A stretch of 64,000 bases of DNA, from contig JBLNCC010000083.1 of the NCBI GenBank assembly GCA_050260395.1, positions 17,592-81,591 of the forward strand. Reading direction: 5' to 3'. Below the pieces are notes generated by a model, which did not search any database, was not told where the DNA came from, and was given only the letters and a program-made list of their open reading frames with translations. Shown in pieces: positions 17,055 through 26,520 of the stretch (its first letter is position 1; every line of letters begins with the position of its first letter). A program made the translations under genes and the position numbers. Origin of the DNA: Betaproteobacteria bacterium (lineage in GTDB: Bacteria > Bacillota > SHA-98 > UBA4971).

Positions 17055-18152
17055 TCACGATCCTCGTCGCAGGCCCTCTAGAAGCGCCTGATCGCGCAGC
17101 CGTTGAAGGCCGTGCTTTATCGCGTGGGCACGGGCGGCACCGATCCCATCAACCTGGTCGAGATCGTCGGTCGACGCCTCGAGTATTCCCTGCAGGCTCT
17201 TGAACTTCGCGACGAGGTTGTCCGCCACCGACTTCGGGAGCCTCCCAATCCTAGCAAGAGTCCTATATCCCCGAGGCGAGACCGGGGTGTCTAGGCCGGC
17301 CGCGCCGGCCGAGTATCCCAGCACCTTCGCTATGGCTGCGGGATCCAGGATCTCCTCCTGGGGGGCAGCATCGAGTTCGCGCCTTGCCGCGTCAATCGAG
17401 CGGGCGTCGGGTTTCGCGATGTAGTCCTCTATGAGCAAATCGCCTTCGTCGTCGATGTTCGCCACGAGCTCCGCGAGCTGCATCCGGACGAGACGGCCTT
17501 CGCTTCCCAGCTCGCAGATGTACTTTTCTATCTCCTTCGCGACGCGCCGCACCATCACCGTGCGGAGCACAGCCACCGCAACGTCCCCAACGGTCACTGC
17601 GTTTTCGAACTCCAGGACGTTCAGCCCCGTCATGGCTTGATCCCTGACGCTGCGATACTTCTCAAGCGTCTGAAGGGCCTGGTTGGCCCTCGCCAGGGTC
17701 ACACCGGTCTCCGGAATCACGTACCTGATTCCGCCCTTGTAAAGCGTGATGACGTTCCTCTTTTGCGAAATGGCGATGACAAGCTCACCTGTCTGTTTCG
17801 CGACCCTGTCGGCGGTTTTGTGCCGCGTGCCGGTCTCGCCGGACGGGATGGAGGGGTCCGGCACGAGGAGCGCGTTGGCCACAAGAATCCTCCGGGCGTC
17901 CGCGCTCAGCAGGATCGCGCCGTCCATCTTCGATAGCTCGTACAGACGAGCGGACGTGAGGTCGCAGTCGAGGCGAAATCCCCCGTCGACAAGGGACATG
18001 ACCTCGGGGGAGTCGCCCACCACTATGAGAGCGCCAGTCCTCGCGCTGATTATGCTGTCCAGCCCCTCGCGCAGGACAGTGCCGGGCGCGACCGTCCTCA
18101 GCATCTTGAGGAGCACCTCTTCCGAAGGCCTTGCATCCGTCACTGGCACCAA
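17055..18152 (-). CDS. disA: DNA integrity scanning protein DisA (diadenylate cyclase)
   Basis: DAC domain: GALIVVGD, DGAILLS, GTRHKTADR. C-terminal HhH: VDGIGAARAHAI. It lies directly after radA. Start is TTG 18152 or GTG 18149, after GGGGGGA. Confidence 0.92.
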   Translation of the reverse strand: MVPVTDARPSEEVLLKMLRTVAPGTVLREGLDSIISARTGALIVVGDSPEVMSLVDGGFRLDCDLTSARLYELSKMDGAILLSADARRILVANALLVPDPSIPSGETGTRHKTADRVAKQTGELVIAISQKRNVITLYKGGIRYVIPETGVTLARANQALQTLEKYRSVRDQAMTGLNVLEFENAVTVGDVAVAVLRTVMVRRVAKEIEKYICELGSEGRLVRMQLAELVANIDDEGDLLIEDYIAKPDARSIDAARRELDAAPQEEILDPAAIAKVLGYSAGAAGLDTPVSPRGYRTLARIGRLPKSVADNLVAKFKSLQGILEASTDDLDQVDGIGAARAHAIKHGLQRLRDQALLEGLRRGS

Positions 18153-18153
18153 G

Positions 18154-19515
18154 TTATCCCCCCAGCACGATCTCCAAAGCCTCGCCGACCGTTGCTACTC
18201 CCTCGACTCGCAGGCCGCGGTCGCCTTTCACGGCCTTCGCGTTGGCAAGCGGCACCACGCACCGCTCGAAGCCGAGCTTAGCTGCCTCAGCTATGCGTGC
18301 GTCCACTCGGCTCGCCGCTCGAACCTCTCCTGATAGCCCAACTTCCCCGATTATCACGGTCTTCGGATCGCAAATGGCGTTCCTGAAGCTCGACGCGATC
18401 GCGCACGCGATGGCGAGGTCGCTGGCACGCTCGTCGAGCCGCGCGCCGCCCGCCACGCTCACGTAGACGTCGTGCGACGAAAGCAGGAGGCCGGCACGCT
18501 TTTCGAGCACAGCGAGGATGATGGCGACCCGGCTCGCGTCCACCCCCGTGGTGGTGCGCCTCGGTGTTCCAAAAGGCGCTGAGCAGACCAAGGCCTCGAT
18601 CTCCGCAAGGATGGGCCTGGACCCTTCCATGCTCGCGGTGACGCAAAGGCCGCTCACCTCGCGCACGCGCCCCGAGAGAAACAGCTCCGACGGGTTCTTC
18701 ACCTCCACCAGCCCGGAGTCACTCATCTCGAACACGCCGATCTCGTTCGTGGAGCCGAACCTGTTCTTGACCGCCCTCAAGACCCTGAAGCTGTGGTTGC
18801 GCTCGCCTTCGAAGTACAGGACTGTGTCAACCACGTGCTCCAGCACGCGGGGGCCAGCAAGCACCCCCGACTTGGTAACATGCCCCACTAGGAAGACCGG
18901 CACCTGCGCCTCCTTGGCCTTCCTGAGGAGGCGCCCGGCGCACTCCCTCACCTGGGACACGCTCCCAGGCGCCGACCCGAGTTCCCGGGTGTACACGGTT
19001 TGAATCGAATCCACCACCACGAGGCCGGGCCGCACCTCATCGATGTGCTGCTCGATCCTCTCTAGCTCGACCTCAGCCACGACGAGGAGACCTGGCGAGC
19101 GCACTTGCAGCCTTTCCGCACGGAGCTTTATCTGCCTCGCTGACTCCTCCCCCGACACGTACAGCACGGGAAGAGTGGCGCTCACGGAGTTTGAGACCTG
19201 AAGGAGCAGCGTAGATTTGCCTATGCCCGGATCCCCGCCCAATAGCACCACGGAACCAGGGACGATCCCCCCGCCGAGCACCCTGTCGAGTTCGGGGGAG
19301 CCGCTGGAAAACCGGTACTCTGATGTGGACTCGATCTCCGTGATTGGCATAGGCGAGCTCCAGGCGACCCCGGCACCCGTTGGAACGGCGACAGGCTTCG
19401 CTGCGACCTCTTCAACAAGGGATCCCCACGCCCCGCATCCCGGGCACCTCCCCAGCCATCTCGGGGCCTCGTACCCGCACTCCTGGCAAACGTACTTGGT
19501 TCTCGGTTTCGCCAC
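18154..19515 (-). CDS. radA: DNA repair protein RadA
   Basis: ORF trimmed to GTG 19515 (AGGAGGAGG 7 nt upstream). Zinc finger CQECGYEAPRWLGRCPGCGAW, Walker A GGDPGIGKSTLLLQ, KNRFG motif, and a Lon-like C-terminal domain. Confidence 0.93.
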   Translation of the reverse strand: MAKPRTKYVCQECGYEAPRWLGRCPGCGAWGSLVEEVAAKPVAVPTGAGVAWSSPMPITEIESTSEYRFSSGSPELDRVLGGGIVPGSVVLLGGDPGIGKSTLLLQVSNSVSATLPVLYVSGEESARQIKLRAERLQVRSPGLLVVAEVELERIEQHIDEVRPGLVVVDSIQTVYTRELGSAPGSVSQVRECAGRLLRKAKEAQVPVFLVGHVTKSGVLAGPRVLEHVVDTVLYFEGERNHSFRVLRAVKNRFGSTNEIGVFEMSDSGLVEVKNPSELFLSGRVREVSGLCVTASMEGSRPILAEIEALVCSAPFGTPRRTTTGVDASRVAIILAVLEKRAGLLLSSHDVYVSVAGGARLDERASDLAIACAIASSFRNAICDPKTVIIGEVGLSGEVRAASRVDARIAEAAKLGFERCVVPLANAKAVKGDRGLRVEGVATVGEALEIVLGG

Positions 19516-19530
19516 GTCGCGCCTCCTCCT

Positions 19531-19558
19531 GATGAACGCGTGATGAACGCGTGATCGC
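19531..19558. repeat. Tandem 11-bp direct repeat immediately upstream of the radA RBS
   Basis: Plus strand reads GATGAACGCGT GATGAACGCGT GATCGC. Minus strand reads ACGCGTTCATC twice, running into CAGGAGGAGG. Confidence 0.85.
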
Positions 19559-19690
19559 TCCCGAGCCCCCCTTGGGTCGGCAGACCCGTTTGGTCCTAAG
19601 TACCGCCGCGGTCTGCGCCGCCGCGCGCTGCGCGCCCGACTCGTGACAGCTGCAGCCCACCCTGACGCACCTACGCTCGGTTGCCGCCTC

Positions 19691-20737
19691 TCATCCGCCG
19701 CAGACCGCTTTGGCGAAATCAGCAGGGACAACGCCCGGCGAGTCGATGTCGAATTCCTCGTAGAACCGGCACACGGCCCGCTCGACCTCCGCGGCTTCGT
19801 GTCTCACCCCGACGAGCGCTTCCTCGAGGTCGCTGAGTCGTTCTCTGGGGTAAAAGGTGAAATCACCGGAAATGGAGATGTCTCGTATCGTGCAGTTCGA
19901 GGTCGCGCACGTCACCGTGAGGAGCCCCCCGGGAGCCTTGTGGTTTCGTTCCAGAACGGAGGCTCCTTCAGCGATCTTCACGTGGCCTTCGCGAGCCTGG
20001 CCCTTCTTGAAGAGAAACTCATCGGACATGAACTCCGTCTCCAGAGCTCGCGCGGCCTCGATAACCTCAGTTTCAAGCGAGGCCTCCTCCAGCTGCCCGA
20101 CGCGCTCGGAGAAGTGCCTCGCCAGGAGGTCCTCAACCTCCCTGCGCGGCGGCCTCTTTCCGGTCTCCCGGAGCAGAGTGGTAAGGTTCTCCTCGAGGGA
20201 TTTGTGAACTTTGTCGCGGAACTTCTCGCTGGGCACTTTCAGAATCCTCGCCATGGCGGCGTAATCGAAGTCCAGGATTATGTTTCCCACAAATACCATG
20301 CATTCTCCGATGTCTGCCCCACCCAAGCCGGACAGCTTGCGACCATCCCTCGTGACCACGTCGTTCACCGGACGAAAGGTCGCGTCCACACCGAGATCCC
20401 GATAGGTATCCACGCAAGGGCCGGCCACAAGCTGGTACAGGGCCGCGATTTGCCTCGGGAAAGCCGCGTTGTCCCGCCTTAAGACCAGCTGAAAAAAGAT
20501 CTGATTCTCATCCAGGTACGTCGTGCCGCCGCCGATCTCACGCCGCATCACCGAGATACCGCGGGCTTTGCAGTAGTCAAGGTCGGCTACCCTCCGGGCG
20601 TCCTGGAAATAACCGATGCTCACGATGGGCTCGGCCGGCGACACGAGTATGAGCCCTTCCCGGCCCGTTCTCGCAAGAGCGTGGAAGACGAGCATCGACT
20701 GCTGTCCCCCAAGCTTCCCCAGTCGGTACAAGCGCAT
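19691..20737 (-). CDS. Lipoate--protein ligase family protein (BPL/LPL catalytic domain)
   Basis: RREIGGGTTYLD and DGRKLSGLGG match the lipoyl-AMP binding motifs. ATG 20737. Confidence 0.8.
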   Translation of the reverse strand: MRLYRLGKLGGQQSMLVFHALARTGREGLILVSPAEPIVSIGYFQDARRVADLDYCKARGISVMRREIGGGTTYLDENQIFFQLVLRRDNAAFPRQIAALYQLVAGPCVDTYRDLGVDATFRPVNDVVTRDGRKLSGLGGADIGECMVFVGNIILDFDYAAMARILKVPSEKFRDKVHKSLEENLTTLLRETGKRPPRREVEDLLARHFSERVGQLEEASLETEVIEAARALETEFMSDEFLFKKGQAREGHVKIAEGASVLERNHKAPGGLLTVTCATSNCTIRDISISGDFTFYPRERLSDLEEALVGVRHEAAEVERAVCRFYEEFDIDSPGVVPADFAKAVCGG

Positions 20738-20758
20738 CTCCCCAGCGCCTCCTCAAGC

Positions 20759-21211
20759 TCACGTTCGCGTCTGGAAAAACGTCCTCAGCGCCTCCACGAC
20801 CTCGGCGGGCGTGCGAAGCTCGTCTGTTATCTTCTCGAACGGACACCTGTCAGTACCGTCCCTATTCAGGATCGCCGGGACGGTTTTGTCCGCGATCGCG
20901 GGGATGCCGGCCGCCGCGAGCTCCCGGAGCGCGCCCTCGGACGCAAGCGGCGTGTATACCGCGCCAACACCGGTATAGACGCACAACATCGCCGAAGCTC
21001 GCCCAACCACCCGATCCCCTACAACTGCCCCCCGCAACCTCTCGCCCGCGCCGAGCACGGCTTCGACCAAGGGGCGGACGCCACGTTCCCGCGAGCCTAT
21101 GACAACTTCGCCATCCTTCACCGCGACGAGACCGAGACCTCTCTTAACAACCATTTCCCGTGCCATTTCGATGTCCGACTCAATCCCCGAACGACAACAC
21201 GCTTGATTCAC
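20759..21211 (-). CDS. DUF1893 (TM1506-like) domain protein
   Basis: GDRVVGRASAMLCVY...AILNRDGTDRCPFEKI resembles the DUF1893 family as I remember it. Start is GTG 21211 or ATG 21166. Confidence 0.55.
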   Translation of the reverse strand: MNQACCRSGIESDIEMAREMVVKRGLGLVAVKDGEVVIGSRERGVRPLVEAVLGAGERLRGAVVGDRVVGRASAMLCVYTGVGAVYTPLASEGALRELAAAGIPAIADKTVPAILNRDGTDRCPFEKITDELRTPAEVVEALRTFFQTRT

Positions 21212-21334
21212 TGCGTCAGCACCCCTGCCAAAAAAGAAGGTCCGCGAGAAAGGTGGCCCTTAGCTTCCCCCCTCCTCACGAACCAATTCTACCATACATC
21301 GGGTGTCTCTGAGCATATCCGCGCAGATGGTTCC

Positions 21335-22516
21335 TCAGCCAAACACGAAAACCCGCGAAAGCGGGATCATAACGTCGGCCCAGGTGCGGAGCATTCTCCC
21401 GAGGATCTTCTCTCCTTCAACGATGCCGCCGCCGTACGTTCCCGGATCAAGCGATCTGTTGTCCCCCAGCAGGAAGAACGACCCTTCAGGCACCCGTGTG
21501 GGCGGGACAGCGAAGTCGCCGGGGACTTTTACGTAAGGCTCGCCCAGCGCCTGGCCGTTCACGAGCACGCGACCTGCCTTCACCTCAACCACCTCGCCTC
21601 CGAGACCGACCACCCGGGCTACCGCGACGTTTGCGACGAGTTGAGACGTGTTCCCGCCAACGCCGCAATTCGCCGGTATCCCGATGTCCACGTGTCGCCT
21701 GAGGTCGCGACGGGTGTGCTCGTCGCGGCAAAACACGACGGCGTCGCCTTTCTTGAGAGGATATGCAATGGTGTTCACCGGCACATACATGCGCGTCCCG
21801 GTCTCCGTCTCCGCTCCCGACGCCGGGACGAGCGACATTTCCTTTTCAAGGATCACCCGAATGTCGCGGGCGACCCGCGGATCCATGGGGTCCATCACTC
21901 CGACCGATGTCAGCTCCACCGGGACAAGTATGGTTTTCACGGCAAGCTGCGGGATCCAGCTCACGACGTCCATCGCCGCGTCCGACAGGACCAGCACTAG
22001 TAAACACACGAGCACGCCGCGTGCGTATGCCACCCTGAGCACCTGCAGACGCAGCACGAGCGACCATATGGCGACGACGAGGGCCACAATCGCGATACCG
22101 ACAAGCCATTGGGGACCCAAGCCACCCACACTGCTGTCGACCCGCCCTCTGAACGCAGTGAACCTCAGAACGAGCGCCAAGAGGAGGCCGGTAACGATCT
22201 CAGGCAAGTAGGTATATCCCCATAGTCCGGCAAGGCCGCGCATGTCACCGCGTCCTCCCAGCGCGCGGGCGACGATGTGAATCACAGCAAGGAACGCCAC
22301 CGCGACGAGAAAACCCAGGATCGCGCCTACGAGGACATGCGCAGGCAGCCACGACACGCTGGACAACACAGACTCCGAGAGGTAGATGCCCGTGCCCCAA
22401 CACATGAACGTCGTGATAGCGAGGGATGGCCAGACTGGCGCGCTCGCTCTGAGGTCGTGGAAAAACACCCCGGGGCGCGCCACGAACCCGGTCAGCCAAA
22501 CCCAGGCACCCCTCAT
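21335..22516 (-). CDS. Fusion protein: Yip1-like polytopic membrane domain plus C-terminal S26 signal-peptidase-like domain
   Basis: ORF 21335..22651 trimmed to ATG 22516 (GGAGGAGGAGG upstream). About 5 TM segments. The C-terminus aligns to SPase I boxes: SGAET in place of SM.PT, VARVVGLGGEVVEV in place of KR.IG.PGD, and LLGDNRSLD as box E. Confidence 0.7.
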   Translation of the reverse strand: MRGAWVWLTGFVARPGVFFHDLRASAPVWPSLAITTFMCWGTGIYLSESVLSSVSWLPAHVLVGAILGFLVAVAFLAVIHIVARALGGRGDMRGLAGLWGYTYLPEIVTGLLLALVLRFTAFRGRVDSSVGGLGPQWLVGIAIVALVVAIWSLVLRLQVLRVAYARGVLVCLLVLVLSDAAMDVVSWIPQLAVKTILVPVELTSVGVMDPMDPRVARDIRVILEKEMSLVPASGAETETGTRMYVPVNTIAYPLKKGDAVVFCRDEHTRRDLRRHVDIGIPANCGVGGNTSQLVANVAVARVVGLGGEVVEVKAGRVLVNGQALGEPYVKVPGDFAVPPTRVPEGSFFLLGDNRSLDPGTYGGGIVEGEKILGRMLRTWADVMIPLSRVFVFG

Positions 22517-22620
22517 CCTCCCAACGCCTCCTCCTCCAACCCGGGCGTTCGAATGACCCGCATCAGGCTTGCGGGGTTCGCGCTCGCAAGCGCCGCACGG
22601 AACGCCCGATGCGCGCGGGT

Positions 22621-23100
22621 TCACGGCGCCCCGCCCGGCAGGCTCAAGCAAGCGAGCACGAACGCCGCGGCCTTCACCACCAGCTTCTCAAGACCGAAGA
22701 CGGCGGCCACGTTCAAGGCCGCGAGCCACACCACCGCCCCTGAGGTCAGGAGGGTTTCGGCGGGATGCTCCAGCAGCGGGCCAACCATGTCATCCACCCT
22801 TGAGCTCACCTGAACGGCCAAGCCCCGGACGCCGCGTCTTTGAGCAGCCTGCCGCCGCGCAACCATCGCGAGCCACGCGGGATCGAGCCGGACCGCAGGT
22901 TCGTCACGCAGCGCGGTCAACGCAAAGGTGACGTCGCGAATCTGCCGCGCCACGATTCCGCAGCTTTCGCACGCCTCGAGGTGAGCCTCCACCGCCCCGC
23001 GCTCCGCCCCCTGCAGCGTCCCCTCCGCATACATGAGGACCTTCCAGCGAAGATCGCGGCAGCTCAGCGACCGATTCCTTTGTCGGCGAACTTGTTCCAC
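22621..23100 (-). CDS. Anti-sigma factor (zf-HC2 type) with C-terminal TM segment
   Basis: CRDLRWKVLMYAEGTLQGAERGAVEAHLEACESC is the H-x3-C-x2-C zinc motif. TM segment is VVWLAALNVAAVFGL. GTG 23100 lies 6 nt after the sigma stop. Confidence 0.8.
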   Translation of the reverse strand: MEQVRRQRNRSLSCRDLRWKVLMYAEGTLQGAERGAVEAHLEACESCGIVARQIRDVTFALTALRDEPAVRLDPAWLAMVARRQAAQRRGVRGLAVQVSSRVDDMVGPLLEHPAETLLTSGAVVWLAALNVAAVFGLEKLVVKAAAFVLACLSLPGGAP

Positions 23101-23106
23101 GTAGTA

Positions 23107-23712
23107 TCATTCCTCGATATAGCCGCGCAGCTTCTCCCGCAACGCCCTCTTCGCGTAAAAGAGCCTCGACATGACAGTGCCCTCCGGACAGGCGAGCACG
23201 GACGCGATCTCGCGGTACGACATGCCTTCGATGTCTCGCAGCACTATCACCGCGCGATAGTGTTCCGGCAAGGAGAGTATGGCCTCTCTCAACTTCGCCC
23301 GGAGTTCCGCGGTCTCTGCCTCCCGGAGCGGACTCCCCGAGGGATTGTGCGTTCCGGCCGGGCTGCCCGCGGCAACCGGCGTTTGCTTTGCCTCCCCGCA
23401 CCCTTCCGCGTCGACGAGGTCAAGCGAGATGGTGTCGTAATGCCGCCGGCGCCGCCTCAGGAGGTCGGTGCATAGGTTCAACGTGATCCGATGGAGCCAC
23501 GTGGTGAACGACGACCTCTCTCGAAACTTGCCGATGGATCGGTAAACCCTAACGAACGTCTCCTGCGTGATATCATCCGCGTCGTCAGGGTCACCGCTCA
23601 TCTGATACGCGATGCTCCACACCCGCCGGTGGTAAGTCGCAACCATTTCCTCGAACGCCGCTTGCTCCCCGGCGCGACACCGCTCTATGAGGGCATCGTC
23701 GGGCGTCGCCAC
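23107..23712 (-). CDS. ECF-type sigma-70 family sigma factor
   Basis: ORF trimmed to GTG 23712 (GAGGAGGG 8 nt upstream). Region 2: DADDITQETFVRVYRSIGKFRERSSFTTWLHRITLN. Region 4: YRAVIVLRDIEGMSYREIASVLACPEGTVMSRLFYAKRAL. Confidence 0.88.
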   Translation of the reverse strand: MATPDDALIERCRAGEQAAFEEMVATYHRRVWSIAYQMSGDPDDADDITQETFVRVYRSIGKFRERSSFTTWLHRITLNLCTDLLRRRRRHYDTISLDLVDAEGCGEAKQTPVAAGSPAGTHNPSGSPLREAETAELRAKLREAILSLPEHYRAVIVLRDIEGMSYREIASVLACPEGTVMSRLFYAKRALREKLRGYIEE

Positions 23713-24070
23713 CCCCGCGACCCTCCTCGTCTCTGCCCCGCACCGCACCCGCACACCTAGAGTCCCGTACAATCAGACGTTGCGACGCGGAGATTCTTCA
23801 ATGGAACATGCTTGTCGCAAGGTTCGCCGCGCCGCGACGGATCCCTTTCACCCGAAAGCATGAATCGGCCGAGCAAGGGGTCGCCTTTTCAGGCGAGGTC
23901 CCTGCCCGGCCGTTCTCGTTGCCGTGGATCGCCCGCTGCCCGCGGAACGTCTCCGGGTGCCGGAGCGCCCGCGCGCTGGGGCTTTTCGCCTTTCGCTGAG
24001 GAACGACATTCGATCGGCGCAAGTCGGTGAGCGGCGCAGGTCGCGCCTGTGCCGCGACGTCGCCCCTGCG

Positions 24071-26518
24071 CTATGCCTGACGCACGGCCTCCCTCTCTTT
24101 GCGCTGCACAGCGATGGTCCCGTCCTTGACCGAGACTTGCACCGTGTCGCCGTCCTTGATGCGGCCTTGGAGGAGCTCCTCGGAGAGCCTGTTCTCGATC
24201 ATACGCTCGATGGTCCTCCTGAGCGGACGCGCTCCGAACTCCTTGCTGAACCCCTCTTTCGCGAGGAGGTCCTTGGCTTCCTCCGTCACTTCCAAGTGGA
24301 TGTCGTGATCCTTGAGCCTCGCCTCCACGTCCTTCAGTTGGAGATCGACGATCCGCCTGATCTGCTCCGGGGTAAGCGCACGGAACACGATGATCTCGTC
24401 CACCCTATTGAGGAACTCCGGCCTGAAGGTCCGCCGCAGCTCCGACGTGATCTTCTCCTTCATCTGCTCGTAACTGTATTCCTCATCCTCACGGGCGGTG
24501 AACCCCAGCCGGGACTCCCGGTCGATGAGGTTCGCGCCGACGTTTGAGGTCATTATGATGACCGTGTTTCGGAAGTCCACAGTCCGCCCCTTGCCGTCGG
24601 TGAGCCTCCCTTCCTCAAGCACCTGCAGCAGGACGTTGAAGACGTCCGGGTGGGCCTTCTCGATCTCGTCGAACAAGACCACCGAGTACGGCCGCCTCCG
24701 CACTCTTTCTGTCAGCTGACCGGCCTCCTCGTAGCCGACGTAGCCGGGAGGCGCGCCTATGAGCCTCGACACCGTGTGCCTCTCCATGTACTCGGACATG
24801 TCGAAGGCTATCATCGCGTCCTCGTCGCCGAACAATGCCTCCGCGAGCGCCCTCGCAAGCTCGGTCTTGCCGACGCCCGTCGGACCGAGGAAGATGAACG
24901 ACCCGATCGGGCGCCTCGGGTCTTTGAGCCCTGCGCGCGCCCTCCGAATGGCCCTCGCAAGGGCCTCGACCGGCTCGTCCTGGCCTATGACTCGCTTGTG
25001 GAGGGTCTCCTCCAGTTTGAGTAGCCGCTGGGTCTCCTCCTCGGCAAGCTGCGCGACGGGGATACCCGTCCACGAGGACACGACCTGAGCGATATGTTCC
25101 GCCGTGACGGTGGCCTCGGCCATACCGCGCTTGCTCTGCCACTCGTTCTTCTTCGCGTCGATCTCTTCTTTGATCTTTTGCTCCTTGTCCCTGAGGGCCG
25201 CCGCCTTCTCGAACTCCTCGTTCTTGATGGCGGCCTCCTTCTCCGTCCTTATCCTGTTGAACTCGTCCTCGAGCTTTTTGATGTCGGGCGGTTCGATGGT
25301 CGTCGCGAGCCGGACCTTCGACGAGGCTTCGTCCACAAGATCGATGGCCTTGTCCGGCAGGAACCTGTCGGTGATGTACCGGTCCGCGAGACGCGCCGCG
25401 GCGCGGAGTGCCTCATCGGTGATCTTCACCCGGTGGTGGGCCTCATACCTGTCTCGTAGTCCCTCCAAGATGGCGATGGTCTCGTCCACAGTCGGCTCGC
25501 CGACCATGATCGGTTGGAACCGCCGCTCGAGGGCGGCGTCTTTCTCAACGTACTTGCGGTATTCGTCGATGGTCGTCGCGCCGATGCACTGGAGCTCACC
25601 CCTGGCGAGCGCGGGCTTGAGGATGTTCGCGGCGTCGATCGCTCCCTCGGCCGCGCCTGCGCCCACTATCGTGTGCATCTCATCTATGAAGAGCACCACG
25701 TCCCCAGAAGCTCTGATCTCGTCCACTATGCGCTTGAGGCGTTCCTCAAACTCCCCTCTGAACTTGGTGCCCGCCACTATCGAGCCCATGTCAAGGGCGA
25801 TGACGCGCTTCCCGCGGAGCACTTCCGGTACGTCGCCCCGGGCTACGTTTTGGGCGAGCCCCTCAACGATGGCGGTCTTGCCCACTCCCGGATCGCCTAT
25901 GAGCACGGGGTTGTTCTTGGTCCTCCGGCTCAGGACCTGGATCACCCGCTCGATCTCCTTGGCTCGTCCTATGACCGGATCAAGCTTGCCCTCCTCGGCC
26001 ATGGCGGTGAGGTCGCGGCCGAACTGGTCCAAGGTGGGCGTCTTGTGCGCCTTCTTGCCCTTCGTCGCTGCGCCCGGAGCTTCGCCGAGCAGACCCACGA
26101 CTTCTTTCCGCACCTTCTCAAGGTCCGCCCCGAGGCTCGTGAGCACCTGCGCGGCCACGCCCTCGCCCTCCCGGATGAGCCCGAGAAGGATGTGCTCCGT
26201 GCCGATGTAGCCCTGGCCGAGCTGCCTCGCCTCGGCCATGGCAAGCTCCAGCACCTTCTTCGCGCGAGGCGTGAGCGTCAACATGCGCACCCGGTCCGGG
26301 TCACCGCGGCCGACCATGCTCTCGACCGCCTGGCGCACGTTGTCCAGGTTTATGCCGAGGTTCTGCAGCGCGCGGGCGGCGATGCCCTGTCCCTCACCGA
26401 CGAGGCCAAGCAGGAGATGTTCGGTTCCGACGACGTCGTGGCCGAGCCTTCTCGCCTCTTCCTGCGAGAGCTGAAGGACTCGCTGCGCCCTCTCGGTAAG
26501 TCCTCCAAACATCATCAT
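24071..26518 (-). CDS. clpC: ATP-dependent Clp protease ATP-binding subunit ClpC
   Basis: 815 aa. Clp N-repeats, two AAA+ modules ([15 protein letters not shown] and [15 protein letters not shown]), and a UVR-like linker. Follows mcsB. Confidence 0.96.
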   Translation of the reverse strand: MMMFGGLTERAQRVLQLSQEEARRLGHDVVGTEHLLLGLVGEGQGIAARALQNLGINLDNVRQAVESMVGRGDPDRVRMLTLTPRAKKVLELAMAEARQLGQGYIGTEHILLGLIREGEGVAAQVLTSLGADLEKVRKEVVGLLGEAPGAATKGKKAHKTPTLDQFGRDLTAMAEEGKLDPVIGRAKEIERVIQVLSRRTKNNPVLIGDPGVGKTAIVEGLAQNVARGDVPEVLRGKRVIALDMGSIVAGTKFRGEFEERLKRIVDEIRASGDVVLFIDEMHTIVGAGAAEGAIDAANILKPALARGELQCIGATTIDEYRKYVEKDAALERRFQPIMVGEPTVDETIAILEGLRDRYEAHHRVKITDEALRAAARLADRYITDRFLPDKAIDLVDEASSKVRLATTIEPPDIKKLEDEFNRIRTEKEAAIKNEEFEKAAALRDKEQKIKEEIDAKKNEWQSKRGMAEATVTAEHIAQVVSSWTGIPVAQLAEEETQRLLKLEETLHKRVIGQDEPVEALARAIRRARAGLKDPRRPIGSFIFLGPTGVGKTELARALAEALFGDEDAMIAFDMSEYMERHTVSRLIGAPPGYVGYEEAGQLTERVRRRPYSVVLFDEIEKAHPDVFNVLLQVLEEGRLTDGKGRTVDFRNTVIIMTSNVGANLIDRESRLGFTAREDEEYSYEQMKEKITSELRRTFRPEFLNRVDEIIVFRALTPEQIRRIVDLQLKDVEARLKDHDIHLEVTEEAKDLLAKEGFSKEFGARPLRRTIERMIENRLSEELLQGRIKDGDTVQVSVKDGTIAVQRKEREAVRQA

Positions 26519-26520
26519 GT

